DNA of 63,959 nt, the filler included, from Aduncisulcus paluster (lineage: Eukaryota): assembly GCA_024181965.1 (NCBI GenBank). It is 5 parts of 5 records of this genome, joined end to end, with 100 filler letters (N's around TTAATTAATTAA, not from the genome) between each part and the next. Parts side by side here need not be neighbours in the genome. Positions count along the whole stretch, not along the records: positions 26,048 to 51,417 come from BQXS01012641.1; positions 51,518 to 55,047 come from BQXS01012654.1; positions 55,148 to 60,782 come from BQXS01012661.1; 2 more parts are not named here. One strand, 5' to 3'. A program made the translations under genes and the position numbers. This document shows, in pieces, positions 48,401-57,530 of this stretch. Every line of letters begins with the position of its first letter. Within the stretch, counting starts at the first letter, position 1. The notes below the pieces were generated by a model. The model made no database searches. It saw nothing but the letters and a program-made list of their open reading frames with translations, and was not told where the DNA came from.

Positions 48401-50552
48401 TCTCTCCCACACAAGGACTGCCCACGCATCTCTTTCGATCTCACTTTTCCCTTCTCTCTCTCTCTCTTTGAATACCATCAGAGAGAAGGATCGGAGAGGC
48501 CATAATTGTGTGTGCACTTTGAGAGCCTGGGGAACCGGAAAAGAGTCATGGACACCCGAAAAGGGCAAAGATGGAGTCGTTCGAAAGAGAAAAGGTCGTG
48601 GAAGAATCCTTGGTCTCTTGTGCATGAGTGACATGTGGCAATGTGAACCATGGATTGACAAGGTACCTCAAAAGACTCATTCTAGCATTTCTGTCCTGGA
48701 TGAATCACTGTTCCTCAACTCTTCACAGGCTTCCTCTTCTCATCTCTTCTCCCTATCACCGAGAGATGATTCATTCCCGCTTCTTCTTACATCCCTTACA
48801 AGAGCCCAGGCTGAATGTGTATGCGAAGAGGTCAATGATGTGGAAAGAGCAAGAAAGAACAGGAAATTGAGACCAAAGAACAGAAGACAGGCTCAAATGG
48901 TTGCCAAGTTAGCCCTTGGAAAACCTCGAAAGATATCCGAAGTAGTTGGTGAAGTTGATGATGTTCTCGAGCTGTGTTCAACAGTTGCCGCAACAGACCA
49001 TGAAGACAAAGAATCTGAAGAATCATTATCCAATCCCAAGAAGTCCCTGTCTGACCTTGAACGTTCACTTCCTTCAGTAATTTCGTATACTTCTCTCTCA
49101 TCTTCCGTTGAATCAGATAAAGTTTCATCCTCTGTAGCGTCACTTTCTTCCCTTCTCATGCTCAGCAGAAAGCGTAGGGAACGGGAGCAACGTCATCGCG
49201 ATGAACTGATCCGAGACGAGATATTTGGTGGGGGTTACGCTTGTGTGGATCTTGGATATTCTTCAAGGGTTGCGCCAAAAGTTAAACACTCTGTTCGATG
49301 CGTGCTTAATCGTCTCTCTGAGGAAAAGAAACAAAAGAGAAAGGAATTCATATCACAAGATAATGCATCAGAATACGAGGCTTCTCTTGTTCCCTTCAGT
49401 TCTCTTCTCTATTCATGTGATCCTTGTTCCGATTGTATTTCGTTGACTTTGCTTGACTCGACATATGGATCTGTTTTGAATGTCGTGGAACATGCAGACA
49501 AAGAACGGGTTGAGAAGGTTGAAGGCTGTGTTGCAATGCTGAGGGATTGGGAAAAAGAAAAACGTCGTCGCGTATGGAGAAAGGGTAAAGAGTGTGTTGA
49601 CGAATTCGATGTTTGTGTTTTCTTTGAATGGGAAGAAGAAATCGAGGAAGAAATCGACGGAAAGACTGTTACCCACTCAATTTCCTATATCTGTGCATCA
49701 ATTTTCCCAGCTCAACAGATTCCCCATTCAAAGCTGAGTGTTGTTGCAACACCCTCTCACTCAGCTGATGAGACCTCTGAGCAAGAAGAGAAAGACCAAT
49801 GGTGCATTCTTGATGAATGTACACGAATTGTGCACAGGTCCAAAATAGAAATGGGTCTTGAATTCAAAGAAGAAATCCCACCTGTTGTAATTAAGAAAGG
49901 TGATGGAAAAGAGATCTCCGAGATCAACAAAATGACCCTTCCCTCTTTCATTTTTTCATCTGTTTCTCCTTTCCCGATATTATCTCATCCACGTATGTGT
50001 ATGGCGCCTGAATCCACTGACAAAGCCTCTTTCGTGCTTCCCTCAGCATATTTGACGGGATCAGCATTTACATCATGGCCTCTTGGTGTTGTTAAGATCA
50101 TGAATCGGAAGACAGGAAAGATCCCTCGTCTCGGAATCCGTGTTCAATGCGATCGTGTTGTTCATCATGATTTTGGAAGAATCCATGAAGGAAATCAACC
50201 AGCCGTGGTTCCTGTCACTGTTCATGTTCGAAATGAAGGTTTCTTCCCCATGAATATCACCATGTCCCCCATTGGAGACCATCATCTCCATCAACATACA
50301 GCTAAACATCTTATTCATTCCCATATAATAGGAGGCGATGGAAAGGTTAGAAATAGAGAAATGGTTCTTCCTTTCCATACAATTGATCTTCACATGTATA
50401 TCGTTGTTCACTCGCCAGGAGTTGTTGAATGCGGGAGTATTTTGATCGAAGCTAATGCCCTCGTTAGTCTAGATGGTGGATTGTGTGTAATGCAGTATCC
50501 GAAGATGAAAAGCAAAGCTGTAAATGTTATTGTTCAAGATATAAGCCAATGA
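42474..50552 (+). CDS. TRAPPC8: TRAPP III subunit TRAPPC8/Trs85-like protein with large low-complexity insertions
   Basis: SPVIAVLTS...GFTFEQLL..F, IDAPAAVL, RALCDSLLMIGDY..A...Y, GESILIRVSITNPL..PLFLSDV occur in TRAPPC8 order; 2692-aa uninterrupted ORF. Confidence 0.72.
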   Translation: MVKQKDLFTLLSRRYSPVIAVLTSPMVHSVQNVTGFTFEQLLHIFSHSMEINQTIVYPFEDNPSFFVKNKYLRFVPMAPVHVNFPQPTLHEATDKDKREKHDLSPQKGISSISACVKIHCKRYKNLVTDSHKTIPTNAKEAKEFMASIPSSSRQIMTNPWADDVFGALFSLYSHSTTHSGSDKTFQNIPNTVLSTIDAPAAVLCATTTKDKYAAKTFSLLYNPNNPPVFLQQSASLCASRINVIIHFESWGPFPAQFVRTIEKEVGSVLSFIIPDISCKIHHDETSSTPPPPSTPISTSSGLSDDYQHRPMAISSPKTPQSSPSVMSPTLPSPPVSSSSIPLSPSSSVTSSAILSALLASIPLTPVLPPLVISPIQANTLSSSSSSPSVHRVGPVSPASLIPSSLALSLHHLITHVGRETMKNIQNRMVLAQKRIDGKEKGIGSKFKRLFKSKEADILEYICGRGGSRYSSQNDSQKPHRRLPIPKFCSPFPSASNLSSPLPPSSSASSSLPILNVHTVIGANRALCDSLLMIGDYKRALTQYILFKAESSKATPIMSALLEQELSVSAILMCLGGTCGDRDIAASQSPATISHGLHGQGNHYSPPPVSSSDIVARMASIGGVHTPMGPGSPKYESKSPNPVGTGSTLGVSTAIGQRITSPLAKEALHPPPSSSSPSAISMTSSASTSSSKCHSPANPMPALFPPPPLSHPLLSCPSHHCLSFILSLVTHTLSTVPMLLLTHLRDLEKVGDSFKRQIFNSYLPLACMSVILVRSVLDECNDRVVRSVGFLLEGTPNMLGNVFSCLANDNFLSNDERSENHRKLKEKLSKLRSKSSNPKVLAALSPSLHSSLPSLLLPYQYQLLRQISMTLGVVGAVAREECAWLCVEMSGWNIWKKTMQVFNKGLSGYSGSSAIVRVSSSLSSLKISGKQALCDIFSPSLFGSLPSSLQQSLLSLPRIVGDQSEVISSNVHTLTSSIQSTLQNYEVSTLSQFSLIPYSVKSLPPFMSTHFTQYFPAVSSPWRHFSLHLMWSSFLYHSHGLFDNATRATLFGLMVVTRSSSIQSSEEGQHCLPSGFSHDLTSSSSMSVPAGSTIWRERERQFLEHLRMDIRDIMTKKTSESGTFSPSTLLSQRSPNISTSLAILERLVVLSDDPRSQNGYLELHNEMTGKMITSSSFSSSKAETKQDEETSQLSPPVARPISLFPALVPSSLTLSSSIPFSKTSFGSSLSVCNGVVVSPLGETGDEWDVITNTERAQYDRDRERWKRQERERSRIERSRSFGGGTLPSDFSPSLSPSSSVSSIETAFSQPRALSVSLTEMDLLNLSKEAGITERMKRKAKEREQWNEKGKLWLQKEEEKKRKREELYGPDSDEFVESMLGGQRNPVMFSMPLTSVSDSSEDDSMWCCQGESILIRVSITNPLVCPLFLSDVSVCGSIFDGEGEMIVAELDALVKADKQREKLKKGKTWKDRMEDFRKTVNKLSAGYKERLEEEKKREEERKRRRDVMRLRREEKKNRKKSRKIREETEGEDLLLLREKKREEERKTFHDIYSLLSQPVIEQSKVLDLLAQSNSPDALKAVSSSNLSFRLPPRSRASLTFKLSPSRAGCLVLLGIRGNIAAKEKDTSSSPFFLPFLSSIALALSSQSSSSLPTIRGPLTMCSVTMNEEGESCEIEAQNAISNNKAYKLFIPIIEAAPSLEMTARMGSRKDDVHGSLDAKRSQYPSNISYPSQSLLPITLTIHNKGKKRACGIRLLVSERERVTLSGGHSSRLSLASIESVDEIGWKMEDWGRRKEKQWRAERNKRKTTQDITTKASKRLCLNIDEFVEEELKNCRDTHHGCISSLSALANTSVSAISFSSSSIATLSTLPIPLPSLPPQSTISVTLIVHCACVGEWNIHFACGYDGEDHWIDVSNLEEEEAEEEAEEGEEAEEEEREDNDHIPDSDSSSNGIPSEIKAMDPSLLPTPPPLPPRPHSSLLSHTRTAHASLSISLFPSLSLSLNTIREKDRRGHNCVCTLRAWGTGKESWTPEKGKDGVVRKRKGRGRILGLLCMSDMWQCEPWIDKVPQKTHSSISVLDESLFLNSSQASSSHLFSLSPRDDSFPLLLTSLTRAQAECVCEEVNDVERARKNRKLRPKNRRQAQMVAKLALGKPRKISEVVGEVDDVLELCSTVAATDHEDKESEESLSNPKKSLSDLERSLPSVISYTSLSSSVESDKVSSSVASLSSLLMLSRKRREREQRHRDELIRDEIFGGGYACVDLGYSSRVAPKVKHSVRCVLNRLSEEKKQKRKEFISQDNASEYEASLVPFSSLLYSCDPCSDCISLTLLDSTYGSVLNVVEHADKERVEKVEGCVAMLRDWEKEKRRRVWRKGKECVDEFDVCVFFEWEEEIEEEIDGKTVTHSISYICASIFPAQQIPHSKLSVVATPSHSADETSEQEEKDQWCILDECTRIVHRSKIEMGLEFKEEIPPVVIKKGDGKEISEINKMTLPSFIFSSVSPFPILSHPRMCMAPESTDKASFVLPSAYLTGSAFTSWPLGVVKIMNRKTGKIPRLGIRVQCDRVVHHDFGRIHEGNQPAVVPVTVHVRNEGFFPMNITMSPIGDHHLHQHTAKHLIHSHIIGGDGKVRNREMVLPFHTIDLHMYIVVHSPGVVECGSILIEANALVSLDGGLCVMQYPKMKSKAVNVIVQDISQ

Positions 50553-50863
50553 CCACTTCCCTTTCATCTAGATTATATCTCACTACTATACTCTACTATA
50601 CTATACCTCACAATAGTTTCGTGACTATACTGTCCACAAGATCGTTTCTTTTACTGAAAGAAGTCGGCCTTCCTATGCACAATCGAAAGAATATCATTTT
50701 ATAATCTAAATTTTAGATTTTAATGTGAGCGGAATCCTGAAGAGGAAATAAATATCTAAATAAGTCTATTCATAAAGAGAAATCACCAACTTGTTGTTGA
50801 ACAACATATTCATCAAACGTGAAAATCAACTTCCATATCACTAATTTTAGCATAAAGAGAGAT

Positions 50864-51097
50864 TTAAAAACCTCCTCTAAGACGCATGGTAAGGTGGATG
50901 GTCGAATCTCGTGAGATACCACAATCATGAAGGTTATGAGCATCTTGGAGTTGTTTACCGAGAAATATAAGGCGTTGTTCAGGAGGGGAAATTCCAATAA
51001 CAGTATGAATCCTTCCTTTTAACTCAAGGACAGTTGAGGATGGTTCGACATCAAGCACAACATTACGACCAGATAACGAGACAACAAAGATCTGCAT
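50864..51097 (-). CDS. Divergent ubiquitin paralogue (76 aa + 1-residue extension)
   Basis: MQIFV...QRLIFLGKQL.D...STIHLTMRLRGG-F; ungapped, 40/76 identical to human ubiquitin by manual count. Confidence 0.9.
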   Translation of the reverse strand: MQIFVVSLSGRNVVLDVEPSSTVLELKGRIHTVIGISPPEQRLIFLGKQLQDAHNLHDCGISRDSTIHLTMRLRGGF

Positions 51098-51417
51098 TTT
51101 AATGAATATTGCGATTCGCTCAGAATATATATTAACAAATGTTAGCAAAAAAGGGATAAAATGAACATCTCAATTGAGGATACATTACAATAGCTCGAAA
51201 ACGAAAAATGAGTATACATGTGATGGAGGGATCTTATACCATGGAAACAATGGAAATATTCGCATTATAGATCATGTATTGAGTACATTTGTGTGGTCAT
51301 CGATGGATATAAAATGTTGATATGACAGGAAAACTTGAGATTCGTGATTTCGATCATTTCCTCTCGATTCTCTCTCGATGGAGTGGCAATACGAGGATAT
51401 TCTGGGAATATTAAATC

Positions 51418-51517
51418 NNNNNNNNNNNNNNNNNNNNNNNNNNNNNNNNNNNNNNNNNNNNTTAATTAATTAANNNNNNNNNNNNNNNNNNNNNNNNNNN
51501 NNNNNNNNNNNNNNNNN
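51418..51517. other. Artificial contig linker
   Basis: N44-TTAATTAATTAA-N44. Confidence 0.97.
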
Positions 51518-51821
51518 GAAAGAATTTAGAAAAACAAATAATTGTGTAAAATCAAAGGGTCTAATGACCATATAAAAGGATATATTAAATATGTATGCTA
51601 AATATTAAATTAAAAATTTAATATCCGTCTTATCAAGAGAGATAATCTCACAGAAGTTAGAAGACGTTATCCACATAAATAACATACAATTATGATGGTA
51701 TATATTCCAACATACATATTTATAAATTCATAGTAGAAAAATGAGGTATACATGTGCCGTAAGGAGGAAGGTCAAGAGGAGCAAAAAGGCTTATATAAAA
51801 TATAGAAAAATATAGAAAAGG

Positions 51822-51893
51822 CATAGGATAGCTCAAATGGTAGTACGCCGGTGTACTGCCTAGTGGATCGGGGTTCGAATCCCTGTCCGTCTA
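51822..51893 (+). pseudogene. tRNA-like sequence (tRNA pseudogene or SINE head)
   Basis: A-box TAGCTCAAATGG (51829-51840), intact T-arm CGGGG-TTCGAAT-CCCTG, downstream T4; D-stem, anticodon arm and acceptor stem mispaired. Confidence 0.6.
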
Positions 51894-52050
51894 ATTTTAT
51901 AATTTCACAGCACAGCTGCAAGGAAGAAGGAGTAGTGTTACGGACATTGATCCTTATCTACAGACATTCTCAGGGATGTCCTATTTATAGAACCGTTTAT
52001 TTGAATAAATTTGGCTTAGCTTACAATTATGGTCTTTCTAGGGCTCCAAC

Positions 52051-52122
52051 ATGTGTCAACCTCGGTTGACACGGTTGACACATCTGCCTAATTTAGAAAA
52101 TTTGGCGACACGGTTGACACAT
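52051..52122. repeat. Cluster of GTTGACAC motifs with 11-bp inverted repeat
   Basis: ATGTGTCAACC...GGTTGACACAT; GTTGACAC at 52065, 52074, 52113 and one inverted copy at 52053. Confidence 0.8.
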
Positions 52123-52675
52123 TGATCTCTTTTTTGAAGGCGTTCAAGATGATTTTTTCCTCAAAATTATCTAATTTTCCGACTTCAAAAAACATAAATA
52201 AACATATAATCAATGATGATTTCTAAAATTGTAATTAAAATGAAAATAAATATGCATTCTTCGTAAAATTAGATTTTTGGGAATTTCAATTTTCTTATCT
52301 GTTACAGCATCCAACCAGAAGAATATTATTTTACTACAGTATTTTTTCACATGAAGTGAATATGTGTAAAAATAAGATTAATGCGATATTTCAATACATT
52401 TCTCAAATCTATTTTCAGTCACGATGAAATTTCCAAAAAATTCTTTATTTTTGCTCACGATAGGCTCCTATAATATTGAAGATATTATATAATAGTATAA
52501 TAATAAAAAACAATTAAAAATCACCCTTAAATGAGGTTACTAACCTCATAAAGACCGTCTTTCAGATAATCTTGTGAATGCTGCATGTTATAGAGCTGAG
52601 TATCAATATCTAATCTTTTGAAATTACGACAAGTGGATTGATGACAAGACCACTACTATAAGAAGGATTGCGTCA

Positions 52676-53299
52676 TTGATGAAAAAGCACCGTCGATGTT
52701 TAATTGAAGCTGGTATGAGTTCCACTGCCCTTTGTGTCCATATATTTCCCATGCATTTGGAAAAGATCATAGAACACTATGGAACATTCCAAATCACAGA
52801 CACAGATATAGATGAACGGCTTAATGGGTACATTCGTGAAAAGGCATCATCTAGATCCATCAGATCATATATTCCACTTGGGATAACGAGTCAAAATGGA
52901 CTACATTCTTATAAGGTAACTGTTTATGAGAATGTAGGTCCAAGAGACCCAGGATGGAACCCAAGCCCTGGTGTCTGGTGTATGATAAAGGTGAATCAAG
53001 ATGAACAATATTTTGTTAAGATACTTAAGAAAGAGGAACTGCCCGACAGAATCAAATCCAACATCATTTCTACGATGATTTCTTCTATTGATAGCCATCC
53101 TTCTTCAAAATTCTTTTTTGTGCAATATTATAAGGCCAAAGAAATTGATGAGGTTACAGGAGACATCATTCTCACTGTATGGGAAGAAGATGAAGGAGAT
53201 TCATTCGGAGTTGAAGCTCAAGGTTCTTTATGGTGTGAAGTTAAAGTAATTGTGAATAGAATGATAAAATATCATAATCAAAATAAAGAGTGTTTTTAG
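52676..53299 (+). mobile_element. C-terminal remnant of a CACTA/EnSpm-like (CMC) DDE transposase
   Basis: HIFPMHLEKIIEHYG...TD.DERLNGYIR matches 'H...HL...I..FG....T...E..N..LR'; the frame continues upstream past a TGA at 52619. Confidence 0.5.
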
Positions 53300-53357
53300 T
53301 AATTTATTGAATAAAAAATATCTATAAATAGCTTCTATTTTTTATGAAAAATTTTGA

Positions 53358-53462
53358 TCATGACCATTTTCTGACCGTTGACCAAAACTTGACCAAATTA
53401 TGGTCACAGTTTTTGGTCACAAATTGGTCATGACCATTTTCTGACCATACCTCGCCACCATG
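53358..53462. repeat. TGACC/GGTCA motif cluster (possible transposon subterminal repeats)
   Basis: Six TGACC plus three GGTCA in ~90 bp; TCATGACCATTTTCTGACC occurs twice; lies just 3' of the transposase remnant. Confidence 0.75.
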
Positions 53463-54143
53463 TAGTCATGAGTAGGTATGTAATACCTCTAGATAGAATA
53501 TTAATTAGATTAGTTAAAACGACTTTAGTTTGCCGGACAGAGAGATCCATTGCAGTAATATGATATTATCGTATATATTAGATATAATATATTTATTATG
53601 TTATATCAGATAAGATTTGTTTATCTGTTTGATAATATTCTTCCTTGAACATGATTTATAAGCTCTTAAGTGGCAAACAGTTATCAAGAATCGAATTCGT
53701 TCTAGGTGCAATGACAATCAAATGGTTATCAAAGTTGATAACATTTCAAAAATCAGCATAATATTATCGCTCTCAATAGCACAGCTAAACAAATGGGCTC
53801 ACTGTAATTACTATCAAACTCAAAGGATAGGAAACAACACTCAATGATGCCACTCTCATCTATTAAACATAACCAAACTAAATCAAACCTCTACAGTCGT
53901 CGCTGGAAACTGAAAACTGCATTTCAAGAACATCAGGAGAAGATACACGAGGAAAGGTCCAAGCTCTCATTAACACTGTCATAGTGACATCTAGATAAAG
54001 TGGAATTTGTTGCTGGTGCTATTGTCCTCAACTGGGCTCGAAAACTTATCCCATTCCAGAAAAGATAATTTATGGAAGATCAGGCTCTCAAATTTGCGGA
54101 ATAGAGAGTAAATATATAATGATGCCTCTTAATTCAATATTCT

Positions 54144-54710
54144 TATGGTAATTGGCTATTAAGCTTACTTACAATTTATTAATAAACGAACGGTCCAAAC
54201 GAATCTATATTTAGACTATGAGAAATTGCCGGGATACCACATCCTCCTCTCACTTTCCCAGATCATTTATGATCGTAGCCTATAGGTATCATCGGAACAC
54301 GTACGAAATAGATGATCAATCTATGGTTCACGGGAAGGTTTCTCATTATCGCAAGGTGTAGTCTATTTATAGGTCACTCTTATCCTCACGATCCGACTCC
54401 GACGGTTTCGTGCTACGGTTTAACCGGTTACCTCACGTCTCAGACGGTTTGCTCCTGAACCTCATGATCCGGCTTCAACGGCTACATGCAGGAAGGTGTT
54501 CATCTCTCATTCCCACAGGGTTTGCTCCTCGAACCTCACGTTCCGACTTCCACGGTTACATGCAGGAAGGTTTCGTCGATGGTCTCAACTGTTCTCCTTC
54601 TTCTGGTATACCGTAGGTATGTATCATCTCAACCAAGGTCTGGGTTTGTTCCCTTAAGGTTTGAACCATATGCAGTGACTTGCCCGTACCGTTACACATT
54701 CTTCTCCAGG
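54144..54710 (-). mobile_element. Possible nested LTR-retroelement remnants
   Basis: Minus-strand purine tracts followed by LTR-like starts (GGAGAAGAATG-TGTAACG near 54696; GAAAGTGAGAGGAGGA-TGTGGTAT near 54241), CTATAAATAG at 54362-54371, and degenerate ~50-bp direct repeats at 54448-54570. Confidence 0.3.
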
Positions 54711-55047
54711 TATAGAGCTTTATAGGGTGTAGGGTGTTCTGAATCTTCAAAGGTCATGACTCCTCTGTGGCACCGTCTTCCTCCTGGGCATCTATCAGGT
54801 GTAGGTGTATGAAGACTGGTTTACCGCGATTCTTTTCGGGTTTTGCGAGTGTTTCTCCTGAGTGAGGCAGGGGGTTGGTAGGTTTCATCGCTATCACTAT
54901 CATCATAGGAAGGTGTTTGTTTTCTTTTGGGTTTTCTTTTCCTTCCTCTAGGTTTTCCCTTCCGAGGTTTTGCCTGTGATGATTTTGGATTATCACCCAC
55001 GTGGGTCCGACACGTGCCCCTCCTCTCTCTTTCTGAGGCTTCTTCCT

Positions 55048-55147
55048 NNNNNNNNNNNNNNNNNNNNNNNNNNNNNNNNNNNNNNNNNNNNTTAATTAAT
55101 TAANNNNNNNNNNNNNNNNNNNNNNNNNNNNNNNNNNNNNNNNNNNN
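55048..55147. other. Artificial contig linker
   Basis: N44-TTAATTAATTAA-N44. Confidence 0.97.
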
Positions 55148-55816
55148 CCGACAGACAAAATAAATCGAAATGGGATTCCCTATCTAAGTTCACTCTCCTG
55201 ACTCCGTCTCCATGATAGCCAATGCCATATATGAGCTTCCATACTGGTTAATCGGGGCTGGATGATGAAGTTTTTGGGTGCACGCATTCCTTCTCTCTCC
55301 ATATCTATGATATCTGCACGATCTGAACAGAATCATTCTCTCCCTACCTCTACACGAACCCAGCGTGAGATAGATTGCCGTAAGAAAAGAGAAGTTGAAA
55401 GAAACAAAGTATTTGTTTCAATGGAGAGACTCCTCCGAGATTTCGCAATATGCTACATTGAGAAAGCAACTATCCCTTCTGCAATACTATGAAAATTAGC
55501 AGCTTGTAGTCTGCGCTTCATGTGGTGTAGAGATGAGATTCGAAAGTTAGATTGGATTTACATGTGAGGCATTGGATGTTTGTCATGTTCCTCAGACACA
55601 CCCTATAAGAGGAATTCTATCAGTCGATAATGTTATACGAACTGAACAACAATTGCTCCCGTTGATTCCTCTAACTTTTTAGGACATACATTACTTTCCT
55701 GTTTCTGCCAATATAAAGGCTATTTTTAGTTCATATAGACAACAGAATGTAATTCCTTTATCAGAGGCATCGTTCTGGGACTTTGTTCGAGCACAGATCA
55801 TTCGAGAAAACTCAGT

Positions 55817-56248
55817 TTGAAGGCTTGTATTGGTAACATTCCATACAGTTCGAGGACCATATTTGATTTCATCCATGAAATCGCAGTCGCACCCACTGAC
55901 GAGACGATGAGTGTCCTCACCGAGCTCAAGAAGGATCTCATATACCTTCAGAATGGAGTTGAGGTGGATGGGGTCATTGCCATCGGGTATTTGAACTCCC
56001 TGGTTGCAGATAGCTCGCAACGAGCAAAAAACTCAGGGTCAAAATCAGGTGGACTCACTCCATGTTCAGTTTGCCGAGCTGAAGGACGAGATCTTCTCTT
56101 TGGGAGTGAAGATACCTTTTGGGCGCCTCAGGAATTAGCCTCCACTCCGCTCCATGACAGTGCTCTGTGGTTTAGTCCCACCACAAACCAGGTTCCAGAC
56201 CTCTTGCATATGGAACTCTGGGAATCGGGGGCTGGATGATGAAGTTTT
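55817..56248 (+). mobile_element. Decayed CACTA/CMC-like transposase core fragment
   Basis: LVADSSQRAK...G.K..G.TPCSVC and VPDLLHMEL resemble the 'AD.P.RA...G...C..C ... D.LH...LG' motifs; a related copy lies at ~55230-55290. Confidence 0.5.
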
Positions 56249-57530
56249 AGTATCATCTCTCTGAGTTGAGCACATTCCTTGTTCCTCTTCCTCCTCTTTA
56301 ATGCAGCGACCTCTTTGGGATAGATCTTCTACATATGGAGATAAAAAGTACATGCAAATATTATTTAAGCGTATCTTTTGTTTTCTTACGGTCCTAGAGA
56401 GCAAGCACTGAAGCAGCCTCACACATTCTAAACAGCAGATTACGACTATTGAATCGACTCTCGTTCTTGGAGATCTTGTGTTCGTGATTCAAGGGTTATT
56501 AATCTGTGGGAAGGTTTCAATTCATATTATTATGAATTCAATTCATATTATTATGAATTGTTACGAGTAGAGAGTGTTGATGATGGCTAGAAGACTCGAG
56601 CCATTGTTGTGATAAGATAAAATCTTCGGGTAAACTGTTTTTTTTTCCAAGTATTTTTCATGATTCGACAAGTTATCTTTTTTTTTTTTTCATTTTTCAG
56701 ATTATATTCTTTCAAATTTTTCTTTAATTACAAAATTTTGTTCTATCTGGCATCCGTACCCTACCCATGAACTTTGTGGTGGGGTTCGGCATCGAGTAAC
56801 TTCATCAGCAGTAATTATTCGGTTGCTGGAGTCTTCCATTGGAGAAGACTCACCTCAAATGACAGAACTCCACATTTTGAAGAGGNNNNNNNNNNNNNNN
56901 NNNNNAATTCATATTATTATGAATTGTTACGAGTAGAGAGTGTTGATGATGGCTAGAAGACTCGAGCCATTGTTGTGATAAGATAAAATCTTCGGGTAAA
57001 CTGTTTTTTTTTCCAAGTATTTTTCATGATTCGACAAGTTATCTTTTTTTTTTTTTCATTTTTCAGATTATATTCTTTCAAATTTTTCTTTAATTACAAA
57101 ATTTTGTTCTATCTGGCATCCGTACCCTACCCATGAACTTTGTGGTGGGGTTCGGCATCGAGTAACTTCATCAGCAGTAATTATTCGGTTGCTGGAGTCT
57201 TCCATTGGAGAAGACTCACCTCAAATGACAGAACTCCACATTTTGAAGAGGAAAGTCTTTGAGGATGGGTATTTGGATGCACAGAGAATGGTCAAGGCAA
57301 AGGCGATGTGAATGTTGAGGATGGCTAGAAGACTCGAGCCATTCATCAAAGAGAATTGAAAACTGTACACATCACTATTCTTGGAGATGAGGGAGGGGAT
57401 AATTGAGGCCAAATCTTCACTTCGAAGAAAATAAGAGGGGAAAGGTGCCAAGTCAGCCAGGATCGGTGGTGATGCATTCTCTCCCAGCTCACCTTGTTGA
57501 CCATATAATCCGTCATGGCTCTCTCTGAAG

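Noticed and set aside
51822..51893. Functional tRNA gene
   Set aside because: Only the T-arm pairs; the acceptor, D and anticodon stems are disrupted and no anticodon is assignable
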